A program made the translations under genes and the position numbers. 64,000 nucleotides of DNA from Glaucostegus cemiculus (lineage: Eukaryota): positions 1,922,001 to 1,986,000 of the forward strand of contig CDPCPM010000280.1 of the NCBI GenBank assembly GCA_976551045.1. The letters are read 5' to 3'. The notes under the pieces are model-generated. The model was not told the origin of the DNA, did no database searches, and was given only the letters and a program-made list of their open reading frames with translations. Below are positions 51,261 to 62,135 of this stretch, in pieces. The stretch's first letter is position 1, and the number at the start of each line of letters is the position of its first letter.

Positions 51261-51795
51261 TCTCCTTGCCGAAGAATGCAAATATATTTGCCACGTGCAC
51301 TTGGTGTTCAGTAACAGGGCTCACATTTGCTATCACTAATTTTTTGCCCTCACCTTTCAAGAAGTTCTTAAGTTGTAGACTTAAAGCAATATGCAATAGA
51401 CTTAAAACAGCAACACTTGTTACAACAAAGCTGTTAATTAGGGATAGCTTTGGCTAAATACATCAATTTACTTTCTTTGCACCATCTGGTTGCTTTTATT
51501 CCAACATTTTTTAAACAACACATGGTTGTAGAAGACGTTGACTTTCTTAGTATTGTTTGTTGTCAACAGAATTGACATGCTTTGAAATTTTTTCTCCACA
51601 AAACAAGGGACATGCAAAACTTTTCAAAAGTTGCAGTGTTCACATTAAACGGACACAGAATTTGCTAGATTCCACTCAACCAACCAAAGGGCTCTTTGTA
51701 CTTCAAATGGCTTTTTAATCAGGCCCAGTAGATTCTCATGACACAGGCTGATTAGAGGATGAATGTAATTGACAAGCCTGGGAACAGGCAAGAAT

Positions 51796-51809
51796 GTTGC
51801 CATGGTGAC
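51796..51809. promoter_or_regulatory. RFX X-box
   Basis: GTTGCCATGGTGAC closely matches the X-box consensus GTTGCCATGGCAAC; a second X-box-like sequence (ggcagccatgcaac) starts 12 bp downstream. Confidence 0.45.
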
Positions 51810-52929
51810 GATCTCTGAATGGCAGCCATGCAACACCTTCGCTTAAACACAAAGTAATATGATGTTATCAGTCCCCGGTTAGGGTCAAAAAAGTGTATTT
51901 CCAGGACCTAAGGGGATCTCCATTGAAACAGGTTGAATATCTGGGTCTTCCAGTACACCATGTTTAATGCTGTTCTAATATTTTTCCAGTGTAATATGTA
52001 CTGAATCTCATACTATCAAACACTGAGCTTTATCCCACAGTACTGATATGAAACTTAACTGTAGTCTCCGAAACAGGACCAGGATATTTCCGACAGTTAA
52101 CAATATCCTCAATCAACAGTCCTGTAGTAGACAGGGGACAGCTATCCCATGAGTCCACAAGTTCACATGAAAAGACAACAGATAATCCTGCAACAACCAA
52201 CAGGATATTCTGCTGTTAATAGCGGGCAAAACTCTCAGCAAAATGCTGCCTTTTGAAACTCACTGGACAAGGGCCTGAGTCAATGTGCTTTCAGGAAAAG
52301 TGCTTATTTGGGCAGATGATCCAAGTAGCCGTCCGCTACCAATAAGATCACGGATGAGACAGCAGACCACATAATCAAGGTATCATGTGAACAAATGTCA
52401 AAGGATACATTCTATGATGAGTGGAACAACAGTCTCTGGGAAGTCAATAGAAACATTTCAAGGTTTCCCTCATGCCATTCTTGAAACACTTCAAGGTTGG
52501 CCTGATCCTGCTGATGACTGCTCTCCCTGACGAAGCCTCATCCATTCAGCAACCACAGGCTGTTCGAAGCGCAAACTGGCCTGATCAGGCACACTTAATT
52601 AGTAATCCTGTCTGTCATCTTTACACCCGAAGGATGTCACCCCTCAAAACCTAAATTAACTTTAACTGAACCATCTGAAAACTAAAGGGAGAACAAAAAA
52701 CTAACTCAAGGTGGGCTGCAGCAACTGCAGCTGGCTCCAAAACACGTCTGGTTTTGACCAATGAAGGAAAACCTACAACAGCATGGAGCTTTTGTCTAAA
52801 CTAGACAGATTTTCATATTTAAAAACTAGAAAAGGTCAATTTGATATATTTTTTAAAACTTTGGTCCAAATTTGGAGTACAACAGTAACTAATGGTGAAC
52901 TACATTTTACGAATGAATGCCTATTAAGA

Positions 52930-53385
52930 TCAAGGTACAACACATCACCTTCTGACTTGGCACATTATAGTCTTCCAGCCTCAACAATGAATTTAACAAT
53001 TGCAGATAATCAATCACTCTGCCCACTATCTCACATCTCCAGCATTCACTTTTTCTCCTCTCTCTTTTGGTATCTTCACCTCCTTTTATTTAAATACCTA
53101 GCCTTTATCATCCTCTTTTATCCAGCACCACCACTATTTGTGTCACTCAAATTCTCCTAGACTCTACCTAATCACACACTTCCTTTGTGTTCCCCCTGCA
53201 TCTTCCCCTTTCTTTGCAACTTTAAACGTGTTTTATTTTTTACAAACTTGCCCCAGTCCATATAAGACGTCATCAATCCAAAACATTAACTCTGTCTCTT
53301 TTCTCTCTCCACAGATGCTGTTTGATCTGCCAGCATTCTGTTATTATTTCCGGTTTCAAGCATCTGTAGTATTTTGCTTTTGAAA
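52930..53385 (+). mobile_element. Older Penelope 3' end plus pLTR
   Basis: LGTL*SSSLNNEFNNCR parallels LGTLQPNGMNIEFSHF at 42310; tail cattaactctgtctc…ctctccacagatgctg…agcatctgtagtattttgc. Confidence 0.7.
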
Positions 53386-54142
53386 CACATTAAATATATT
53401 TGCTGCTTTGCATAATGTTCTAGGTTAGCAAAATATCATGAAATTGTTCATTAAATTCTGTAATGAATCACACCCATCTGTAGTACAGTATAAAACTGGG
53501 TCCATTTCAAATTCTGATACAGTAGCATACATCATACTATGCAGTTTTGTATGCACATTTAAAGGTTCCACAGAAAAGGACAAAGCGTTGCAAATTGAAA
53601 TGTAAATTGGCAATTTCCTTTCCATAGCCTTAACTATCAGACTGGCACAGGGACTGTCCAAACTTCAGGTTTATATAGAACAAACAACTGGAATGACAAC
53701 CCACAAATCCATGTTAATTATGACTAAGGAACAGATGACGTGGCAGGTCTGTAGTGGCCCTGAAGCTGTTGGTTGTTTGCACCTGGAGCACACTGCTTCT
53801 TTCAGTGGTGCAGGGTACAGTCTTCTATTGGGATCCTTAATCCAAACATATCAGTGAGGCACAGGATAGGACAAGACAAGCCAGAGCAGCACAGCACCAG
53901 GCCTTGCCCAGTGCAAGCAGCCAGCTGTAATGACAAGGAGACTAACAGTGCGGAGGCTTCATCTCAAGCTCACCAGACATCAAATCTGCCGCTTAAGTTG
54001 AACCTTTGTGAATATCTTTGCTGCCCACTATCATACAGGGCCCACCTGAAATTACGAATGATGTTGAAAAATTAAAATTATCGAGAGAAAAATTTAAACA
54101 GTGTAAACTTGCATAGATTTTAAAACATTTAAACTAACCCAG

Positions 54143-54343
54143 AAGCATAGTAATCGAGTTATACAGCACAAAAATAGGCCCTTCGGCCCACCATGTCCAT
54201 GCTGACCTTTTCTCTTCCCCCCACCTCCATCCCATTTGCCTGCATTAGGGCTGTATTATGCCTTGCCTTGCTTATTTAAGTGTCTATCTAATTGCCTCTT
54301 AAACATAGTAATGGTATCTTATTCCACCATCTCCTCTGGCAGA
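54143..54343 (-). mobile_element. CR1 LINE 3' end
   Basis: tacagcacaaaaataggcccttcggcccaccatgtccatgctgacc…tatctaattgcctcttaaac…ccaccatctcctctggcag. Confidence 0.85.
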
Positions 54344-54639
54344 GGAAAAATCAAATAATCTTAATGGGAGAAATAGCTGGCAGGAGAAAGGTCTGAAGGA
54401 TTTAAATGGATCACTGCACTTGTTAAGCTGGAGTGAGTTAAGCAGGTGGATCTCCCAGTCTGCGACCTGGGAAATCTTCAGAGGTTTGCACTGTCTTGTT
54501 GGAGTCCACCAGGCAGGGCAGCAGGCCTACATCTGGGGCTCTCTAAGGGGAAAGCTGAGCACAGGCTCCTTACAGCTGTGGGCAGATCTCCATGGAAGAT
54601 TTATCCCTAACTTTCTTTAAAATTATCCCCAACAGAAGG

Positions 54640-55010
54640 GTATGAAGGTGGCTTCTATTGCACAGTACTGGAGATTCACATTCTGAAACTGCTCTCTTTG
54701 AACTGCCAAGAAATGTCATTTCTGCCCTCTAAAAAAAAATCCATTGACCTATGATTTTCAATAATCTCTCCTACAGCAGTGAAATGCACTGCCCTTTTCC
54801 GCTTGTAGTAATCTTCCTCAGCCACTGGCACAGTAACTTCCCCAAACACTCACCGCAACGGAGCACACATCTTTTTGCTCACAATTCCAGCTGTAATTCC
54901 TTGCTCCACACACAGAGCAGCTTCACAAAATTTGGCAACATCACAGGCAGAAATACTACCAATATCACTTAACTATAATAAACTTCAAAAGTGCAGCTTC
55001 CCAGAACAAT
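54640..55010 (+). mobile_element. Decayed Deu-domain SINE
   Basis: gcacagtactggagattcacattctgaaactgct…ccttgctccacacac…acttcaaaagtgc. Confidence 0.35.
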
Positions 55011-57502
55011 CAATTAATCACAAGTTACTATGAAAGCTAAAGCAGACATTTTTGCAGGTCAGCTAAACATTATTCACAGATTACCAGACAAATTCAATTC
55101 ACCACTCATTTTGGACAGAGGAAATTCTACCTCGCCTCTTAAATCATCATCATTCCAAAATTCATTAAACTAACAAAATCAATATACATCTCTTTTTTTT
55201 AAACTCTTGATTATAACACAGCATTTGTCCAATATTTTACATGGACATGAGCAGATCTATGTACTCATAGCATCAGCAGCAGCCTACTCTCCAGACTAGT
55301 TTATAAGTAAACCCAAACACAGGATATGAAAAGTCGCCAGTGTACTTTGAGCAGTTATGCAATTGCCAATCCTCTGAAACCTATCCCACAAAGCAGGTGG
55401 GGCAAACTCCAAAAGGCAATCAGGGTTCTCCATGGAGCCACATCAAGGTGGTGAAATCTTTCACTGTCAGCTTCAATTCTTATGTACAATGTAGACAGAA
55501 CCTATTGTTATTACAGTACAGTCATAACTACCACTACTGTTTCTTTTCTTTGGTCCTCTGCAACTCATCCCTCCAACTACACCCTGACTATTAAGCAGAA
55601 GCAGAGATCTGTGCAGTGCGCCGATAAACTGAATAGGACAATTGATGAAGACTGTCACACAATAGATCATCTCACAAGACTTGGCTTTCATAGTGTTCAG
55701 CCAATGAGAATGTTGTTTCCAAACACTGATCAAATTTCAAAGACAGCATTTTTCTACTTCAGGAATGGCTAGCCTTAATTTAAAGTCTGTTGACACTTCA
55801 AGTATCATGACAGTCATGTCCACTGATTTAATGAGCCAAGATTTCTGTTAAGTCCAGTGAAGGTCATGACATGGCTGCTATTCAGAAGCCCAAGGGTCCC
55901 ACGCACCTTATACTGCCCTTTCTTTATGAATAGCCCACTTCCAAAAACACATCTCAGTGCTTAAAGGCACTCGCTTCTAGGATGGTGAACAGAACTCCCC
56001 ATGTACTTTAGCCACCAACTACTTTCTTCCATTTCCTTGATCATGCACGTTGTGTGAAAGTCGTCCCATGGAGGAAGACTACAGAAGCTTAGTAACCAGA
56101 CAAAAGCCACAGTATAATGTGTCTTTTTGAGGAACTGGCTGACAATATTTTTATGTGTCAAATCTCACTGCACATTAGATATGTACTTAAAAATAACCTT
56201 CTAAATTATATTGATTCAGGATACTCTTACACTCTTTCATAGTGATAGCTTAAAAAAAAGTTGATTTATTTCCATCTGCCTTAAAATGCCCAAGAAAATC
56301 CGATAAAGACCAAATGAAAAACTGTTTTCCTGCCCATACAGCCCAGCTCACTGACATGGATTAAAAAGTGGTTGCTCCAGTCAAAGGTGGATAAGAACTT
56401 TTTCAAATAGCACTTTTTGAATTTCTCCCACAGTGGTAAGAAAGACCATGGTTTAACATCTCCTTCAAGCTACCAAGAATCATTCGGTTATGAAAGCTCA
56501 TTGTACAAGATTTAATCACATTTATATACAGTTTGCCTCATTTATGAATGCTTACTTCTTGCATTCTGCTGGTTACTTGTGCTGTGTATTTTGAAATCTG
56601 ATGTGAGGGAGCATGCTGTGATCAGACTTTGAAATAAATAATTCTTAGGAATAAGCAAACTGGCAAACCTGATATGAATTCATTGTCGTTTCAATGAAGA
56701 CTTAAGACCACAAGGGTTAGAGGTGAAAAAAAGACCACAGCCTATCAAAATTAACCCCTTCAGGTTATTCCTTTATTTAATAGCATTGAAATCTGTATCT
56801 CTTCTTATCCTATGTAATCACCTTGACCATCTACAAAATTCTGATGTAAGATTACAAGATCAAAACTACTCTAATTCTACCTTCTGAATGAATCCATCAA
56901 GTTACTATTCTTCAACTGTAATCCAAAGGCTCCAGACTATCCTGAGGACAAAAAGGCAACAGTCCAAATATTGTTCTTCCAAAAAAGGTAATGTTAAACT
57001 GGAAACGCATTGTAGGCCCAATGCACAGTTTGTGTGTATGTCCCAAATGCAATATTCAGTTGTGCATGAGATAAAAGACAACACTTGGTGTGCAGAAATC
57101 ATTGCTCTGCTAGCTTTGGCACTGCAGTACAGGAGAGGGTAGTTAACAGAGAACTAAGCTGACCAACTGGGTGAGTTGGCTCTCCTTTTGACTTGCATGC
57201 ACACGAGCTCCATGTGCGCTGTAGATGCCTGTTGCTGTACAAATGATCTATGTCATTCGTGGACCACGGATGCACCAGTGAATTTTAAGTAATTAACATC
57301 CAAATGCAGACTGAGTACAAGAGGTGAATCAAATGAGGCAAGGGGGATCCACTTTCAGCTTTGATTTGATCAAGGAGGGCACAAAGCCATTGTGTAATGT
57401 GATAGGGTTTCAAGCCCCCTATGGCCCATTTGGGTCATTCTTTGAGAGGATGAAATGTCTCCTTTAAACTCTAACTTGCTGCCTCTGCCTTCCTTTAAAG
57501 GT

Positions 57503-58372
57503 GTAGAGGCAGCACAGATACAGGCCCTTTGGCCCACCATGTTCATGCTGAACTTTTTGCCGATCTATACTAATCATATTTGTCCACACCCTTCTATGGC
57601 TTGCCTATTTAAGTGCCTGTCTCAATGTCTCTTAAACGTAGTGATTGTATCTGACTCCAGCACTTCCTCTAACAGTGAGTTTCAGACATTAACCTCTCAG
57701 TGTAAAAAAAACTTTCCACTCAAATCCCCTTTAAAACTCTTTCCTCTTGAACCTATGCCCTCTCATCTTTGATACCCCTATCATGGGAAAAAGATTCTGA
57801 CTACCTACCCTAGCTATGCCTCTATCAGGTCATCCATCAGCTTCCTTCACTCCAACCCCAGCTTGTCCTATCTCTCCACATAACTAAAGTCCTCCAATCC
57901 TGGTGAATCTTCCCTGTACTCTCTCCCGTGCAACCCCATCCTTTCTAAGGTGTGGTGACCAGAACTGCACACAATACTCCAAGTGTGGCTTAACCAGTAT
58001 TTTGTAAGGTTGTAGCATAACATCCCAATTTTTATATTCTATGTCATAACCTATGCCATATGCCTTCGTATCCAGGTCATTAACATATATAACAAACAAC
58101 AAATGTCCCAGCACTGATCCCTACAGTACACCATTGGTCACGGATTCAGAATCAGAAAAGCATCCTTCCACCCTACCCTCTGCATCCTATCACCAAGTCA
58201 ATTTTGAATCCAATTAGTCAGCTTGTTTTGGATCCCATGTGCCTTAACCTTCTGGACCTGACTATGATGGGGGACGTTGTCTAATGCCTTACTGAAGTTC
58301 ATATAGACTACATCGACAGTCCTGCCTTCATTAATCTTCTTAGTTACCTTCACAAAGGACTCAAATGTGGCA
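57503..58372 (-). mobile_element. CR1 LINE with RT fragments and internal deletions
   Basis: KVTKKINEGRTVDVVYMNFSKALDNVPH…KVKAHGIQ..LTNWIQN; LGHLLFVIYVNDLD; IEYKNWDVMLQPYKILVKPHLEYCVQFWSPHLRKD..ERVQGRFTR; CR1 tail. Confidence 0.92.
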
Positions 58373-59028
58373 AGATTTCCCCCTGCAATAATTGGGGGCT
58401 GTGACAAACTAATGCCAGTCCAGTTAGGGTAGCAGCCAATGATGGATGGATCTTACTTGCAGGCCGGGCCTTTCTCTTGTGTCACATCAGATCAGAGCAT
58501 GGACAGGGAAACTAGTCCTGGGGCTGAGGCAATGAATTGTGGATTAGAAAGGGGTTCAGGGCAAGGATCAGGTGCAAGCAATCTGTGATAGTTGGGAGGG
58601 GAGAATGGGGAGGAGGCAAGAGGAAAGAAAGCAGCAGCAAGTTGGGTGTGTGAGAGTGGTGAACTGGAGGGGGCCCAGTCAGGGACATGGGTTCGGTGGT
58701 TGGGGAGGCAAGTTGGTATGAGTGGTTTGGCTGGTGGGGAGAGGGGGATTCAGAAACAATGCAGTAGCCTTCAAAATAAAAAAAAACACTTAAAACTCAG
58801 GATTAGTTTCAAGAATGCAGATCCTGATATCTTTTGTTTTCGATAACATCCCTTGTTGCTGAAATCCTGTCCATTCAGATTTTGACACGTTTTTGCCTGT
58901 CACTGCACATTATTTCCTTGAAATATCATGAGATTCAGATAAAAGCTCATGATGCCCACAGAGGGACAGAAACTATTTTTATTTGTATTGATTTTTGTAA
59001 TTTATTGCTGAATTATTCAGACTAAATA

Positions 59029-59310
59029 TGTTACTTAAAAGGTTCGGGGAGATTTTAAGATGTTGATTTAAAGAACTAAGTTTGAAGAAATCATGCACAT
59101 AAACATACTGTTGCGAAGTACTTACTACCGGCAAATATCCCTTTAAGATGGGACATTGTGTGTGTGTGCAACGTATTACGTCAACAGAAGATAAGACGAA
59201 CGTGATGAGGTCATTACAAGAAAGAAAGAGAAAGAGACAGACAGACAGAGAGAGAGACGGAGGCACGGCAGCCTGTTTTGTTTCTGTCGATGGATGAAGG
59301 ACAGTAACTG
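59029..59310 (+). mobile_element. Probable LTR fragment
   Basis: Starts TGTTAC; about ten CpGs in ~280 bp; ccctttaagatgg, (tg)n and (ga)n tracts typical of fish LTR U3 regions. Confidence 0.4.
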
Positions 59311-61389
59311 CCTAGAAATTTCAGTGCATTCTAAAAGGAGTGGGGTGGGTAGCAACTGGGAATGGTGGGGATTAGGAAGTTTACCTTCATTCGGTAGTGA
59401 CATGGACTCTGGCCAACTTGCATGCAATCTTCCTCAGTCAGTGCAGGGGGATTGCAACCACGTTCTCCCAGGAGCACTTTACAACTGTGACCCAGACCAA
59501 CTTGGCTCAAATCCCTCCAGTAGAATGTGGCACAGGGAATAACATCATCATATGCATACCAATGTGGAAATCATGTCAGGATCACAAAGGTGGCTCATGA
59601 CACAATGCATTTCCCACTCGGAAAAATTTAACCTGCAAATGGGTGCAAAAGCAAATCACTCCGGGTGAGAAAAAGTGTGATGCTCCAATTTCCAGGGAAC
59701 AGATTTTGCATCTAGACAAAAACACATATGAAGGCTATATCCTCTCTTGGAAATCCCAATGTCCATTATAATAAGGGCCACAGGAATTAACAAGATGGCA
59801 GTAGATGCATTAGATTTGCAGTGACAGTTCAATTTTAAGTCTGTCTGACTATTTGTTTATAGAACCAGGAAACAATTAGACTCCACATTTGTATCACGAG
59901 ACCCGGTTAGTCATTTAATTACCTAAAATTGTCTCTCTCCTGATCAGCAGATTATGTATTTTATTAAAGATCTAAAAAAAAACAAAATTAAACAGCTACA
60001 GCCACACTACTCTGAACAATTCCATTTTCCTCAAGATTGATTTAAACAATGTCACAGTGCCTTTAAGTAAATGATGGGTAGACATTTTTAAACAGACATA
60101 CACCATATAGGCTTGAGAAATTAATGGGAACTTTAGCAAATGTCCAATAATTTAACCTAATTATTCAAAGAATGGGAAAACATATTTATATCTTAATTTG
60201 AAATATAATTATTGAAATGACAATAGACATGTAAAAATGATACACTTTAGAAAGGAACCTTTACTTTTTCAGAATACAACGTGAACTCTTCAGGAAGGCA
60301 GTGTTTAAATAGCTGATGATAGAGTAATCCTCTATGGTAACCCTAATTATGTATTGATTGCAGTGAGGAATCAAACTGGAAGAATTTCCCCCTGAAAGTG
60401 AGAATGTTGGCTAAAACATTCACAAAGCAGCCATAATGGTTTCAAATCTCAAGATTTAATTCTTGGTGTTATATTTTCACAGAACAGAAAAGGGGAAGTA
60501 TGATCAGGAAGTGTGGGACAGTTACTCAGCCTGCAAAAAAGAGGATCAAACTTGCCTTTTGGTTTTGTAGTTTATTTTTCGGTTCTGATTCGGTGAGAAG
60601 TTTTGCTTTTGATAGCGAGGTAATTTCATTATGAAAGTCAACAACAATTATGAGATACTGCACGTTTAAAGAGAAGGGAGTTGGACCTAAATGACTCTGC
60701 ATTTCCTTTGTGCTTTCCAAGTCACAATAATTACTTGGTGCAAAGGAATACTGCTGGGTCTGACCACAGTCTTGAGTACACACACAGTGCTGAAAATGGC
60801 TCAGATCAGACCTCCATCACATGGAGTATAATTCCTGCTCAGGTCTCCTTTCTAGCTGTATGCACAACAATTTGGTAAGTGAACAAGCTGCCATCACTTT
60901 TAGATGCAGACATGGTGGTACCAGATTGGAGTTTAATTCTAGAAACAAATACTTTAGAGCTTTTATTTTAAAAAAAATGACCAGGCATTAAAGTGAAGCC
61001 AAATAATTCCCAAATCCAAAAAATTGTGTACAATATACATATTATCTTTGTTGATAAATAGGTGTAAATAAAAATGACAATTTAGCATAATTAACATGCC
61101 TTAGCAAGCTTCAATGATCTCAAAAAGATAAGCTGTATCGTGAGAATGCAGAGAGAAAAATATCCTAGTGGTAAACCCAAAGACAGCCATTGTAATGTTG
61201 TGGGAGACAAGTCAACCATATTAAAACCAGACACCACTTGTGATGGTTTCATCCAAAACCAGAGACCACAGACCACGGGCTTAGTTCTTACTTCTACCCA
61301 GCTTGTAACACACAGCTACTTTTGAAGCAACTCAATACATTTGGGGTTTCATCTTCCTGCTGGTAACTTGTTCCATTTACCAGTGCAGA

Positions 61390-61399
61390 GGGACTTTCC
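61390..61399 (+). promoter_or_regulatory. Canonical NF-kB site
   Basis: GGGACTTTCC exact match; CCAAT at 61443-61447 and ACCACA (RUNX) sites at ~61582-61626 nearby. Confidence 0.3.
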
Positions 61400-61795
61400 C
61401 TGTTATGGTTTGGAAGGTGGGAGGAGGGTCAGGAGACGGCAGCCAATGTGACCGGCCAAAGTCTTAATGCAATTCCTTGACAAGTCCTTTAAGGCCCATT
61501 TCCCACTTATGCGAAAGGATAAAAATAATAACAACCACCATTAGAATTTCCTTTTTGTTTAAACTTCCTCTTCCCCCCCTCACCACACAATGCGATCCAC
61601 AACTACAGAGTGGGCACCACACCACATAAAGCAGGAAAAAGCAATGCAGTGCTCCTGCAGGCAGAGTGGGTGGGGAAGGGAATAAAATGAAGCAGCCTGT
61701 GCTTGCAGCGCTCAGAACAGTACCCAACAAAACCACCAGGATTCTATTTCTTGCTCATACCTTTTATAGAGAGGAAAAGGGATGAGTAAAATTAT

Positions 61796-61960
61796 GAAGA
61801 AACAAGAGACTGCAGATGTTCGAAGCTGGAGCAATAGACAGTCTGCTTGAGGAACTCAAGAGGACAGTCCTGATACAGGGTTTTGGCCTGGAATGTCGAC
61901 AATTCCTTTCGCTCCCACAGGTACTGCTTGACCCAATGAGTTGCTCCAGCAGTTTGTTGA
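61796..61960. mobile_element. Two-armed Penelope-derived element with degenerate hammerhead
   Basis: ctgcttgaggaactca is inverted to tgagttgctccagcag; core agtcCTGATACagggttttggcctGGAATGTCgac at 61866-61900. Confidence 0.7.
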
Positions 61961-61989
61961 TTAAAGTTATACCTGGTAAACAGTAATGG

Positions 61990-62135
61990 AATTTTGGATA
62001 TTAAAGGGGATCAGGGATATGGGGTCAGTGCAGTCACATGGTGCCGAGGTAAAAGATTACCCATGATCTTACTGAATGGCAGAGAAGGCGCAAGGTACTG
62101 AATGACCTTACTCCAGCTTCTGTTTCTTATATTTT
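61990..62135 (+). mobile_element. CR1 LINE 3' end
   Basis: ttttggatattaaaggggatcagggatatgggg…ccatgatcttactgaatggcagag…gaatgaccttactcc…tttcttat. Confidence 0.8.

Noticed and set aside
60722-60874. + strand 153-nt open candidate exon ending TG|gtaagt
   Set aside because: Weak AAG acceptor, unrecognised peptide, and opposite to the inferred transcription direction.
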